Positions 7,565-17,837 of a DNA stretch of 60,319 nt are shown here, piece after piece (the stretch's first letter is position 1; every line of letters starts with the position of its first letter). Source of the stretch: a virus (Duplodnaviria; Heunggongvirae; Uroviricota; Caudoviricetes). The stretch lies in IMG/VR virus record IMGVR_UViG_2870495154_000003; one strand, written 5' to 3'. The notes beneath the pieces are model-generated. The model did not search any database, had not been told where the DNA came from, and worked only from the letters and a program-made list of their open reading frames with translations. Made by a program: the position numbers and the translations under genes.

Positions 7565-7628
7565 TCACATTGCCCACCAGCCAGCAAATCGCTATGATGG
7601 CTGGGCTTATGTTTAGTGTATTCCCACT

Positions 7629-7660
7629 GGCGACCTCTGATCCGGGTCGCCTTTGTTTTA
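7629..7660 (+). terminator. Rho-independent terminator (GGCGACC-tctgatccg-GGTCGCC followed by TTTGTTTTATG)
   Basis: Read directly from the sequence; sits between the convergent plus-strand ORFs and alpA. Confidence 0.6.
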
Positions 7661-7678
7661 TGTGTCATATGCCCCCCT

Positions 7679-7888
7679 TTACGCTGCCTTGCCTGAATTA
7701 ATGCGATCCCGGCTTTTAACCCATTCCATAACCTCGGACAGCAGCCAACCTACAGAACGACCGCCCAGATTACGGCGTGACGGGAAATTCCCTTTTTTCT
7801 CCAGTTCATAGCGTGTAGTGCGACACACTCCAGTTAACTTACGACATTCATCCTCACGGATTACGCGATCTTCATTTATTTCACGCAT
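7679..7888 (-). CDS. alpA: AlpA-family prophage regulatory protein (69 aa)
   Basis: Motif [43 protein letters not shown] is typical of AlpA-family HTH regulators; lies downstream of int. Confidence 0.8.
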   Translation of the reverse strand: MREINEDRVIREDECRKLTGVCRTTRYELEKKGNFPSRRNLGGRSVGWLLSEVMEWVKSRDRINSGKAA

Positions 7889-8307
7889 ACAAAAACCTAC
7901 ATAAAAAATTACGTATATAAACTTTTCTCTTAGCTGTAGATATATGAGATCGGATATTACTTAGATTCTTTTTTCACCTCTTAAATTAAAAACACAACCT
8001 TGCTAAAGGCTTTGTTCGCTAAGGTTCGTAGAAGCTCGTTAGTGTTTAAAATCGTGTCACGAGTTTTTAAGCGATGCAACAAAAAATGTCGTTATTTGGC
8101 ATTACGCTTGAATTATCTCATTAAAAACAAATAGATAAACCATCAAGTGTTGGAACAATCAAGAAACAGAGAATAAAAGTTCAGAAGAAGACATTCCAAT
8201 TTTTTGATGGTTGACATATATAAAGCGAAGATATTTGCAGATATTTTCCGATATTCTACGATTTATTCACGGCTGTAATCTCTTAAAGAAAAAACAGCCG
8301 TAATTTG

Positions 8308-9546
8308 TCAAGAATTTTGGGTGTAAATTCGCGGGGTCATAACAACGATTTTTTCATCATTGTTCTGGAGAAGCTCGAGACGGTCTACCCATAGATTAAG
8401 AGCATCACGTTTTGCATCAAGATAACGGGAGTGGTTATAGACTCGTTGCATCCCCGGCATCTGGTGGGCGGTAAGCTGCTCGACAATATGCGGATCCACG
8501 CCTAAATCGTTCAGCATGGTTGTAAATGTGTGCCGGATGTCATGCAACGACCAGGGGGCTTGATTAATGCGTCTGTGTGCCGTTCTTCCGTACTCTGCTA
8601 CGGATGATTGCCCTTTCAGTTCTCCAAGCAATAAGCCCGTGTGCCTGTTCTTCTCCACCAGCTTCATGACAAACGGCAAGATCGCTTCCGGTATTGGCCT
8701 GAATATTGCTACCTTCGTTTTGCTGTGTTCTTTCGGCACAGTCCAGAGCATTTCTTTAAAATCCCATTCCTGAACCTCGGAGCGTCTTAGCTCAGTGGTA
8801 CGGCATCCAAAGACAATCAGAAGGCGAATTAAGGCGCTGTAGTACGGCGGGAAAATTTTTTCATCCAGTGCGCGGAGTAGCTCGCCAAGCTCCTTGTTTG
8901 TTAGCACTCGCTCGCTTATTTCTGCTTTTTTTCCCACATCACCTACGACCATATCATCAAGAACGTTACTGACGGCGTAGCGACGTTTACGGCAGTACTT
9001 AAGCGCCTGCTTGCATACCTGCAACAAAAAGCCGGCTGATACCGGATTACGCTTAGCAAGCTGGTCAAAACAGGCCAGCCAGTGGCGTAGCTCGCATTTA
9101 TCCAGCGGCATAGCACCAATCTGGCTGATTATGTGCTTATTGATACGGCTTTTCAGTGATTCGTGGTCAGTGCGCTTTTCCTTCGCATACGACTCAAGCC
9201 AGTAAGTGAGCGCGTCCTTAACCGTCACAGGGGCTAACGCTTCCTGCACTGTGTGATTAAGCTCATGGCGTGGATTTTTCCCCTCCGCCAGCCAGGCGCG
9301 ACACTGTGCCGCTTTTTCCCTGGCTGCTTTCAGGCTCAGATCGGGATAGTTGCCCAGTCTCAGGCGTTCCGGTGATACCTGCCTGCCAGTTCCGGCCCTG
9401 TAAGTGAAATACCAGGTTAACAGGCCGCTGGTGGAATGTCTTACGCTAAGATTGCCACCGTCATTAAAAAAGGCGTTTTTTGTGGTTGGTGATCCGCTTA
9501 ATTTTCGTAAAAGAGTGTCGCTAAGTCTATGAATTGCGCTGCTCAT
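8308..9546 (-). CDS. int: Tyrosine recombinase / integrase (412 aa)
   Basis: C-terminal catalytic region with R...HxxR...Y signature (RTAHRR..., HDIRHTFTTML..., MQRVYNHSRYL); P4-like length and layout. Confidence 0.9.
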   Translation of the reverse strand: MSSAIHRLSDTLLRKLSGSPTTKNAFFNDGGNLSVRHSTSGLLTWYFTYRAGTGRQVSPERLRLGNYPDLSLKAAREKAAQCRAWLAEGKNPRHELNHTVQEALAPVTVKDALTYWLESYAKEKRTDHESLKSRINKHIISQIGAMPLDKCELRHWLACFDQLAKRNPVSAGFLLQVCKQALKYCRKRRYAVSNVLDDMVVGDVGKKAEISERVLTNKELGELLRALDEKIFPPYYSALIRLLIVFGCRTTELRRSEVQEWDFKEMLWTVPKEHSKTKVAIFRPIPEAILPFVMKLVEKNRHTGLLLGELKGQSSVAEYGRTAHRRINQAPWSLHDIRHTFTTMLNDLGVDPHIVEQLTAHQMPGMQRVYNHSRYLDAKRDALNLWVDRLELLQNNDEKIVVMTPRIYTQNS

Positions 9547-9573
9547 GTTTCGCGTTTCCGGTCATCAAAATTA

Positions 9574-9645
9574 ACTACACCATTGACTACACCGTGCATC
9601 GTACAAGGGCAAACCGTGACGAACAATATCGAACAACCGCGAACA
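9574..9645. promoter_or_regulatory. Direct repeats upstream of int: ACTACACC x2 (9574, 9586) and CGAACAA x3 at 10-bp phasing (9619, 9629, 9639)
   Basis: Read directly from the sequence, 30-100 bp upstream of the int start codon. Confidence 0.4.
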
Positions 9646-9987
9646 AAGATCAACACGCTTTAATCATTATCATTTTCCGGCTATCCGTCATGAAGCTGGT
9701 GGATGATCTGCGTGGTGATTTCCACCATTCAGAGCAGGGGCGGTCATCATGACCATGCCATAACAAAAACCCCATATTCGTGGTTTTTCTGTGTCGGGGC
9801 TATTCTGCTGTTGCCGTGCTGGTGGATATTCTCCGGTATGCGGCTCCCCATATCGGCATCAGGCCCACCAGCGTGAAGCGTTTTTCATTTTTCGCGGGTA
9901 TAAAAAATCGATGGGGCTGGCAGTCCTGAAGACGTCAGGGTACAGAGATTTGACCCGCCCCTCCCTGTGCATGAGCACAATAAGTAA

Positions 9988-10011
9988 CCGAAGGCGGAAT
10001 TCCGCCCTCGG
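9988..10011. other. Perfect 14-bp palindrome GGCGGAATTCCGCC within an imperfect 24-bp inverted repeat
   Basis: Read directly from the sequence, in the non-coding region between the 124-aa ORF and int. Confidence 0.5.
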
Positions 10012-10073
10012 TACTTACATATGAGAAACGATATTTCTTCCACCGATACCCTTTATTTGGGTATTGCGAGTAA

Positions 10074-10152
10074 GCCCCAAAATCTGGGTGTTACTCTTAC
10101 TACCCAAACTACGGGTAGTTTCCGTAGTTTCATGGTCGAGTTGCAAATCTGC
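10074..10152. other. Cluster of three consecutive stem-loops (9-bp stem AAACTACGG / CCGTAGTTT; 6-bp GTTGCA / TGCAAC; 7-bp AACGCAA / TTGCGTT)
   Basis: Read directly from the sequence; 50-130 nt beyond the stop of the minus-strand ORF 10203..10577. Confidence 0.45.
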
Positions 10153-10202
10153 AACTCACCCACCAGCCAACGCAATTTTGCGTTATCGGGAATATCAGCA
10201 AG

Positions 10203-10577
10203 TTACCGCCGCAGTCGTTCCGGCTTCTTCCACTGGTAAGTATTTTTCGCGCTCTCCCTCCGTTGTTGAGAACGGCGACGGTATGCCAGCAACTCAAGGA
10301 CTCTGGTTCGTATGTTGCGCATATCCACGCCGTTAAGCTCAATACCATCACGGCGCATCACCTCAGCAACAACACGCGCGTAATTTTCGGCTATCACGCT
10401 GTCCGGCTGCGTGGCCTCCTGTTCGCCAGCCTGCTGGCTGATTCCGGTAATACTGCGGATTATCCCGAGCGCTTCGGTCTCGGTCATGGTCATGGCCTCC
10501 ATAGTGATGGCGGGTCCTCCTTGTGGGGTGCCCTGCCACGGGGCGGGAGCATCGCGGAAAAAGGCTAGTTTTTGCAT
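10203..10577 (-). CDS. Hypothetical protein (124 aa; probable true start at 10485..10487 giving 94 aa)
   Basis: ORF in track, last gene downstream of TerS on the minus strand. GGAGG SD is best spaced (8 nt) for the third in-frame ATG (MTETEALGIIR...). Confidence 0.4.
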   Translation of the reverse strand: MQKLAFFRDAPAPWQGTPQGGPAITMEAMTMTETEALGIIRSITGISQQAGEQEATQPDSVIAENYARVVAEVMRRDGIELNGVDMRNIRTRVLELLAYRRRSQQRRESAKNTYQWKKPERLRR

Positions 10578-10738
10578 TTTTATTCGTCATCACCACCAAT
10601 GCAATATATTGATATGACTTGATGTTTTATTTTTCGGTGTCGATTTCGATTGTTTTTTGTTCATCACTGACGCATAACGCCCACCAGCGCAACGCTGAAA
10701 GCCAGTCAGTAAACTGGCTTAGGTCATTGTGCACTACG

Positions 10739-11281
10739 TTACTTGTCTTTATCCGACTGAAACTTATCAGGCACATTTCCGGTAGTTTCCATCAGATAAT
10801 CGGACAGCATTCGCGGGATGTTTTCATCAAGTTTTGTGCATGCGTTACAGGCTCTGACAACTTCTTTTTTCAGGCCATCCAGCATGGCGGGGGTCATCTG
10901 TGGGAAGCTCCTTTGCATAGTAAGCGGCAGGCTGCCCATGATTGAAGAAATCTGACTCGCCAGTTTTGAAAGCGCATATATACAAAATTCCGTACTAATC
11001 ACATCGCCGCGTTCGCGCTCGTTTTTAAGCTCCTGCGCCTCCGCCTGCGCTGTCAGCAATCTGATCCTGACTCGCAAAAGCTCATCATTATCAATCTCGC
11101 CTTTGTCGTCTGTAATCTGGTTAATTGCATTGCTAACCCGATTGTCTATTACGCTGGCAACATCATAAAACGCCTCGCGGCCTTTACGTTCAACGGGAGT
11201 CACTCCCCACTTGTCGAACGCTGTCGCACTTACACGGCAGCTTTGCGCCATGTTTTTTTTGTTCATCAGGTGCGATTTCAT
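10739..11281 (-). CDS. Terminase small subunit, Nu1-like (copy B)
   Basis: Identical translation to 252..794. Confidence 0.8.
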   Translation of the reverse strand: MKSHLMNKKNMAQSCRVSATAFDKWGVTPVERKGREAFYDVASVIDNRVSNAINQITDDKGEIDNDELLRVRIRLLTAQAEAQELKNERERGDVISTEFCIYALSKLASQISSIMGSLPLTMQRSFPQMTPAMLDGLKKEVVRACNACTKLDENIPRMLSDYLMETTGNVPDKFQSDKDK

Positions 11282-11482
11282 CAATATCCCCACTTAAGTA
11301 ATGTTTCAGGTTGGTGTATTGGCTTTATCTTTTCCTTTTTATTCATAGAGATAGAGCGAACAACAAAACCACCACCAGCACCCGAAAAAGGCTCATAAAT
11401 AGCGAAAACCCGCGAGGTCGCCGCCCCGTAACCTACCGGATCGCCGGAAAGGACCCGCCAGCCAGAACGGGCCCTAATTTCA

Positions 11483-11866
11483 TCAACCAATCAACTTATA
11501 GCGACCATCCCGTGCATTGCGACGTACACGCTCAATCTTGAGGCATAGCGCCGCATCTGGCTTTTTTGGGACAGGTACGCGGCAATATTCAGAAGCTCGA
11601 GGAATATTGTTTATCCAGTCGATCACTTCACTTAAATACCAGGCCTTACGCCCTTTCGTAACCTGTACGCGTTCGGGGAACTCTCCGCGAGCCTCAAGGT
11701 TTAGCAATGTGCGACGGCTAAGGGTAGTAAGTTCCATCACCTGATTCATATCAACAAGGCGTTCACTTAAACGCATTTTGTCAGCAATAGCCTTTAATTC
11801 CTCTACTGCTGGATCCGGATACATCATTTCGGCAATTGGCTTAAGGTCATTGTAATGATTCTGCAT
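11483..11866 (-). CDS. AlpA/Xis-like HTH protein (copy B)
   Basis: Identical translation to 996..1379. Confidence 0.6.
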   Translation of the reverse strand: MQNHYNDLKPIAEMMYPDPAVEELKAIADKMRLSERLVDMNQVMELTTLSRRTLLNLEARGEFPERVQVTKGRKAWYLSEVIDWINNIPRASEYCRVPVPKKPDAALCLKIERVRRNARDGRYKLIG

Positions 11867-11877
11867 TGTATCCCCCT

Positions 11878-12217
11878 TTACACACGAGCCAGCGGCTGAA
11901 CAGAAATACCTGAGCCAACAAACGCGGCAACCTTTGCCGACAGTTCTTTTACAGACTCAGGCCAGTTCAGAGCATCAACATTTAAAACACCTGTCTTATA
12001 AACCTGTGCCTGTGTTTTTTTCGCTGTGTCGATTTGTACAGCGGAAACATAAACCGCTTTACCTACGCTCGAACCATCCCATACCACCAGTGCACCTGTT
12101 GCATCTTCCTGCATCAGTGGCGTAAATGCAGGAATTACCCTTTATTAGCTGAAAATATCCCAGCGTAGTCACCAGTGCTTCAGTGCCAGCCATGAGTTCA
12201 GTGTAATGAGTAGCCAT
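11878..12217 (-). pseudogene. gpD-like decoration gene, frameshifted in copy B
   Basis: Two 1-bp deletions in C-runs (near 12139 and 12160) relative to other copies; the track shows only a 78-aa ORF 11878..12114. Confidence 0.6.
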
Positions 12218-12225
12218 TGCTCCCC

Positions 12226-13271
12226 TTAGCCAATGCGAACGGTAACAAAACGATTGATGCGGGCCGGTATTGGCTGTGGTGCTGAATGTGTCTGCACATA
12301 TTCAATAGCCGGATCACCAGGCACAATATAGTTTTTCGGTGCAAGTTCGGCTTTAGTCAGCCCCATTCGGATTAGCTCCGGATCCTGAATACCGCCATAG
12401 GCGACAATCCCTGAAGAGCCGTATTGCCAAGCACCATCAAATCAGGATCAAGGAAATGTTTTTCTGTTCCGTCCTCGTCGGTATAACGCCCGCTGTAAAC
12501 AACAATCGCAACATCGCCCATATACCCTTTAAAACTCACCGAATCACCAAGGTCTTTAAGGGCCGTTTCCAGTTCGGAATTAGAACCACGACGGGTATCC
12601 AAAGCCTCTTTTATCGCTCTGAATGAACGGTATTTCTTCCATACATTACCACCCATAATGATGATATTAGTGACGCCCTCACTAAATTCTGCGTAGCTCT
12701 CAATATCATCATTTGGATCAAAAGTTTCTTTATCCTTACCTGACCACTCAGTACCGCCAGACTGAGTGATGATATTTTGTGGTTTTATATTCCAGTCCAG
12801 CTCATAACGTTCAATACCATCGCCCTCAATGATATTTTTCCCCGTTGTGATTGCCTGAACAGCAAGCCATTCAATACGTGCACGAATAGCTTTAGCCTGA
12901 TTTACAATCGCCTGTTTAACTTTAATATTACGCGCCCCAAAAGCATTGTATTGCTCAGGTGACACACCAGCAGGGCGCACAGCTAACTTATTTGGATCAA
13001 TGCTGCTTTTCGGCTTCATATAACCTGGACGAATTGTTTTTGATTCGTATCCCTCATCTCGTGAAACTTTACTGCCCACCATAGGAGAGCAAAACGCCGC
13101 GATCGGGATATTTGGATCGTCGATCGTATCAAGAATAATGTCTCTCGATTCAAACATTACCGAGCGAGTGAAAAACAAACTGGTAAACAACGCATTTAAT
13201 TTTTTTTGCACATCTTCAGCATTAGCCACCTGCACAAGCTGTGTAGGCGAATATAAATCAACCATACTCAT
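12226..13271 (-). pseudogene. gpE-like major capsid gene, frameshifted near its 3' end in copy B
   Basis: 1-bp deletion in a C-run near 12419; ORF 12372..13352 has an altered C-terminus (...ALQGLSPMAVFRIRS) versus other copies. Confidence 0.6.
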
Positions 13272-13482
13272 CCTCTTTACATTCATTACAAATAATTGTG
13301 AATATATTCTATTACCGATGTCTGCTATGCGAATACATGCAACCAAGTGCAATGTTGTATAAAATATGCCGTAACAACTTCAGTGCTGATAATTCGTGTT
13401 AATGTATTTACTTCCTTTGGTCGGGATTTATGTAGCATGCCGGAAAATCTATTTTTTTCCGGCATCTTTTTGTTTGCAGAAT

Positions 13483-13905
13483 TTAAAACGGTATATTATC
13501 GCCGTACGGATCATCATTCCCCGACTGTTGTTTTGCCCTGTTCAGTGCGTCAGTGGCCTGCCCCTGCTGGCCTTTTTTGCCGCCCGGTCGCGCCGTTCGC
13601 GCACTGATTACACTGTCTGCGATAACCTGCCAGCCCTGCCGCGTTTCGCCGTTCTGGCCTGTCCACTGGCTTACCTGCATGTTACCCGCCACGCTCACCA
13701 ATTCGCCTTTGTGGTGTTTTGCCAGTGCGTCGGCCTGTCTGCCAAACGCCAGGACGGATAACCACATCGTCGCCGTTCCGTCATCTGCCTGGCTGCACGG
13801 CAGGGGAACCGCCATACTCGCCATCGCCATTTGTGTCCCTTTGCTGGTGGTCTTTAACTGCGGGTCAGCCACCAGCCGCCCGTAAGCCGCTATCTGTGCT
13901 GTCAT
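13483..13905 (-). CDS. ssb: Single-stranded DNA-binding protein (copy B)
   Basis: Identical translation to 3000..3422. Confidence 0.8.
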   Translation of the reverse strand: MTAQIAAYGRLVADPQLKTTSKGTQMAMASMAVPLPCSQADDGTATMWLSVLAFGRQADALAKHHKGELVSVAGNMQVSQWTGQNGETRQGWQVIADSVISARTARPGGKKGQQGQATDALNRAKQQSGNDDPYGDNIPF

Positions 13906-14147
13906 GCTGTCTGCTCTCCGGTTTTAACGTTGATGGTTGTCACCTGTTCCGCTTCGGCAATCTCCCGTTCTGTCAGCGTGGCAAAGTTTGCAGCTGCCGT
14001 TGTCATGAATGAGCTAATCAGTTCGGGATGTGCTTTCGCATATCCTTCCCCGGCGTTGCGGTCGATGATTTTTATCGACACCCTTAACCAGTGTTCCGTC
14101 AAATCAAGGGCGTGCGATTGTGATTTTTTTGTGTGCTTCGCTGTCAT
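13902..14147 (-). CDS. Hypothetical protein 81 aa (copy B)
   Basis: Identical translation to 3419..3664. Confidence 0.45.
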   Translation of the reverse strand: MTAKHTKKSQSHALDLTEHWLRVSIKIIDRNAGEGYAKAHPELISSFMTTAAANFATLTEREIAEAEQVTTINVKTGEQTA

Positions 14148-14434
14148 AGGCTTTATCTCACAGCAGTAAATTAAAATTTTTGCGTTTTAACCCTTCACCT
14201 GTTCACCTTTTGATATTTTATCTTTTAATTCATAATGTTAAGGGGTGAACAGTTTCACAAAAACTATTCACCAACTGTTCACCACTGTTCACCCTTGAAG
14301 CTCAATAAACAATCAAAAAGGTGAACAGTGAATAGTTTGGTGAACAGTTCATAAATAACTGTTCACCCTATAACATACTGATACAAAAGATATTTATGAC
14401 AGGGTGAACAGTGGTGAACAGTTATTCCATAAGT

Positions 14435-16252
14435 TTAATTTTTGCTATCGTCATTAGTGACCGATACACATGATGGCATCCAGTCTTCTGATTCCTCCGT
14501 CAGTGTCACGTTTGAACGCAAACCGTGCTTCGTTTTCCGTTTCATATACTCCCTGCCATATTCCGCCATTGCCCCCGGCATATCTTTACCGAAGCGCGTC
14601 AGTGTTACAGGTTTACCAAACCCATGTGCCTTCATATAAGCCAGATAGGCATGATAGAGATACCTGCGCGGGCTGAATGGCACAATTTCAGCATTACCCA
14701 CTAACAGGCCATCACACATTACCGACGCCATGAGATAGCCGCAGAAGTCCACCAGCGAATCACCTTCACGCTTTATCGCGAGTGCTTCTTCTGATTTCTG
14801 CTGCTCATATAAAAGGCGTCTGGCTTCGTCCTGGTCAGCAAACCGTGTAAGCAGATGACGAATCACTACCGCCAGCTCACCTTCTATTTTTTCCGCCAGC
14901 ATTGAATCGCGTTCGTTCTCCGGTACAACTTCCGAAAAATTGAATATCACCCGACGGCGCGAGATCCCCCCACTGCGGTCACTGAATGACATAGCGTTAT
15001 TGTTAACCGCCAGCACTACTGCCGGGATACGCGTTGAATATGGGGCTTTATGTTTTGGGTCGATTGCCACCTTGTCACCGCCTGTAATAGCCTTAATTCC
15101 CGCCCCATCACCAGCGTAGCGGGTCATATCCGGCATGATAATCAGCGAAAAGCCAACCACTAACGCGCGTTCCCTTGCATCTTCCAGCGCCTTCATGCTC
15201 GCTGATACTGTATTAGCCTTACCCGCCAGCATGGTGCAAATCTCCGCCATCACGCTTTTACCACTTCCCCCTGGACCTGTTACCTCAATGAATAACTGCC
15301 AGTCGTACCGGTTCGCCAGCACCATGAATAATGCAGCCAGTACGCGATCCGCCTTGCGGTCATTCTCAGCCACCGAACGGCGTAACCACTTCCAGAAATT
15401 CGGCGCATGTGTTGCCAGCGTTTCCCCCTCTGCTGGTGGGCTGAAAGGTAATTCACTGGCAATTAACAACCAGTCGTTTTTGTTATGCTCCCGAAAATTA
15501 CCTGTTCTGGTATCAAATACCCCGTTACTGAATCCAATCAGGTTACGGGCTGTATTCCCCATTACAGGCAAACTTAACTTCATGGTATCGACCGCCGATT
15601 TAATGGCGTTCTGCGAATAGCTGATCTCCGCATCAATGAAAATCTGTGCCATAGCTCGCTGTAATTCTTTATCCTGTACTGGCTCCCATACAACGCCGTT
15701 GTAATGGTGAACAGTGTCAGAGTCAGCATGAATCGCCAGTTCACCGCCATAATGTGCCAGGAGAACTTCGCCGCGTTGACTTGCTCCCATCTGGTTAAGC
15801 GCCAGTGATGAAGCGTTATCGTCTTTTACCCGCTCTTTTTTCTTTACAGGCAGTTCAACTACCTTTTTCTTTTCCGCCAGCTCTCCCCGCTCACGTTCCA
15901 GATATTCGCGCCAGTTCTCCCGTTTCTGGCTGTGCATTCCTTCAGGGTAATAATCAGCATCCCTGACACCTGCCGCTGCCAGTTTCTGCCCGATGGTATT
16001 AACAAGCCCCGGACGCAATAACCCCGCCTGGTAGAGACGCACGCGATAGCGTCCGTCCGGTACGATTTGCAGGTTGTCCAGTTCGGCAAGTTGTTGCTCT
16101 CCAAGCCAGACAGGTGGCACGTTATCGCCAGCCAGTCGCCCGTCCTGTTCCTGCCACTGCGTCGCATGTGCCCACGCATCACTACCCGCAAAAATGATGA
16201 CTTCCGTCATTTTGTCACGCGGCTGGTGTTTTAAATTTGGCGCTTTTTTCAT
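14435..16252 (-). CDS. Primase-helicase (copy B)
   Basis: Identical translation to 3952..5769. Confidence 0.85.
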   Translation of the reverse strand: MKKAPNLKHQPRDKMTEVIIFAGSDAWAHATQWQEQDGRLAGDNVPPVWLGEQQLAELDNLQIVPDGRYRVRLYQAGLLRPGLVNTIGQKLAAAGVRDADYYPEGMHSQKRENWREYLERERGELAEKKKVVELPVKKKERVKDDNASSLALNQMGASQRGEVLLAHYGGELAIHADSDTVHHYNGVVWEPVQDKELQRAMAQIFIDAEISYSQNAIKSAVDTMKLSLPVMGNTARNLIGFSNGVFDTRTGNFREHNKNDWLLIASELPFSPPAEGETLATHAPNFWKWLRRSVAENDRKADRVLAALFMVLANRYDWQLFIEVTGPGGSGKSVMAEICTMLAGKANTVSASMKALEDARERALVVGFSLIIMPDMTRYAGDGAGIKAITGGDKVAIDPKHKAPYSTRIPAVVLAVNNNAMSFSDRSGGISRRRVIFNFSEVVPENERDSMLAEKIEGELAVVIRHLLTRFADQDEARRLLYEQQKSEEALAIKREGDSLVDFCGYLMASVMCDGLLVGNAEIVPFSPRRYLYHAYLAYMKAHGFGKPVTLTRFGKDMPGAMAEYGREYMKRKTKHGLRSNVTLTEESEDWMPSCVSVTNDDSKN

Positions 16253-16542
16253 TTCTGCTCTCTCCACGCGGCAATCATGTTTTTCAGTTCCTGTAGTTTT
16301 TTATCCACACGTGACACATGGTTATTTCTGGAAAGCGGGATTTCCCGCCTGAATCTGCTAATAAAGATCTCCACGTTCAGCGAACTATGAAATGAATAGC
16401 CATCACGAATAAAATAAACACGGTCAAACATCAGTTCTTTTACCGTTACTCTGTTACCGTTCTTATCCAGATAAATAGCGCCGGGGATAATTTTTGGGTG
16501 TGCATAACCGCTGGCAGTCAAGCCAGATAAATATGTTCTCAT
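16249..16542 (-). CDS. Hypothetical protein 97 aa (copy B)
   Basis: Identical translation to 5766..6059. Confidence 0.5.
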   Translation of the reverse strand: MRTYLSGLTASGYAHPKIIPGAIYLDKNGNRVTVKELMFDRVYFIRDGYSFHSSLNVEIFISRFRREIPLSRNNHVSRVDKKLQELKNMIAAWREQK

Positions 16543-16548
16543 GATTAT

Positions 16549-16869
16549 TTATCCCCGATTTGAATCAGTATTCGCTTTCTTTATGGCATTTAATGCATCT
16601 GTGGCATTTTCAATGGTGCACCGTAACGAAATATCAAACTGCCCAAGCATTGCCAGTAACAAGCCAATATTCCCCATGTCAATGCGCATAGCCTTTTCGT
16701 CATATTCCTCATTTTCTGACGCATGCCACATCAGGCTACCAATTGACGCAACAGCCATTGATATATTGTCAGTAGCCCCATCCGCAGCGGAATAAACCTT
16801 TTTAGCAATATCATGCTCACAGTTAAAATGCGGATTAATCAGGTACTGGTAATTTGACATATCAGGCAT
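16549..16869 (-). CDS. Hypothetical protein 106 aa (copy B)
   Basis: Identical to 6066..6386. Confidence 0.45.
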   Translation of the reverse strand: MPDMSNYQYLINPHFNCEHDIAKKVYSAADGATDNISMAVASIGSLMWHASENEEYDEKAMRIDMGNIGLLLAMLGQFDISLRCTIENATDALNAIKKANTDSNRG

Positions 16870-17401
16870 GGCACACCCCCTGGCGAATACGGGCGGCGAA
16901 TACAGCAACACAACCGGACGGGCAGCGGTTACGCGCTTCACGTTCCGTCCAGGCGGTGACGTGGATGATTTGATGGTCTGACGCGCCAAAGATGATAAAG
17001 CGCCAGAGAAAGGCGGTTTGAGAATGTACAAGGGTAGGGATAGTAGCCATGTTGGCAGCCTCCTTTGACAGTGAAGAATTTCCACCGCAGGAAACGCCAA
17101 TTTCGCTGGCGGTGGACTGAACGGGGTTGGCGTAACCGGCGTCAAAGGGAACCGGCGCTTCCGAAGAAGCCCCCGCCCAGCCCACCATAACTTTGATGTG
17201 AGCGAATGCGGACGATAAAAAAGACGCTGGCGCGTCATATATCGCCTTTGACATTTCCAGGACGCCAATCCCGGCACCAGATTTTGCTGGTGCGGATAAA
17301 TCATAGCCCTGGCTTGCAGTGGCGATCAACTGGTTTTTTACACCCGCTTTATTCAGGTTGTGCGAGTCCCGCCCTTGCGGGTGTGTGGTATGATTTCTCA
17401 T
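16862..17401 (-). CDS. Hypothetical Ala/Gly/Ser-rich protein (copy B)
   Basis: Identical to 6379..6918. Confidence 0.3.
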   Translation of the reverse strand: MRNHTTHPQGRDSHNLNKAGVKNQLIATASQGYDLSAPAKSGAGIGVLEMSKAIYDAPASFLSSAFAHIKVMVGWAGASSEAPVPFDAGYANPVQSTASEIGVSCGGNSSLSKEAANMATIPTLVHSQTAFLWRFIIFGASDHQIIHVTAWTEREARNRCPSGCVAVFAARIRQGVCHA

Positions 17402-17600
17402 AGCGACCTCGATACTATCGTTATCGTTGGTGGTTAGAAGCCCCGTTACTGCTCCAACAGTGCGGGGTTTCGTCGTTTCTGCACCTTGCATCAACAAGGT
17501 GTTGAACACCAATGTAAACTCAGGTGTTGAACACGTCAAGTGTTGAACACTTGTTTTTTTTCCTGCATACTGCATTTGTTTTTTGTGAGGGGTACACAAC

Positions 17601-17780
17601 ATGGCGACAAAAGCAGTAAACGCAAAATCACAAACAGTTGCGGCAAGGGTTCCGCATGAAGTTATGAACAATGTTGAGGCGGTAAAAATGCCTGGTGAAA
17701 GTACAGGGCAATTTGTAACAGCAGCATTAAAGCGAGAAGTTGAATACCGCCAGCGACGCAAGGCTAAAGAGCAAGAATAA
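17601..17780 (+). CDS. RHH-like small regulator (copy B)
   Basis: Identical to 7118..7297. Confidence 0.55.
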   Translation: MATKAVNAKSQTVAARVPHEVMNNVEAVKMPGESTGQFVTAALKREVEYRQRRKAKEQE

Positions 17781-17837
17781 TCACTATCAGCGCTGTGGTG
17801 TGAGGTACTCCGGCGCATTGCTTTACAGGTCGGCACT

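Noticed and set aside
6379-7668. 429-aa minus-strand ORF as a single large gene
   Set aside because: Its 5' two-thirds run through the palindromic operator array and antisense to two plus-strand ORFs that have an SD and a downstream intrinsic terminator; the translation there is low-complexity and Cys/Ser/Thr-rich. Only the 3' part (6379..6918) is retained, at low confidence. Not fully excluded, because a 1.3-kb stop-free frame is unusual.
10100-10135. tRNA-like 3' end (GTTGCAAATCTGCAAC followed by CACCCACCA)
   Set aside because: The stem-loop has a 4-nt loop and no acceptor or anticodon arms can be built; no tRNA or tmRNA could be folded anywhere in the unit.
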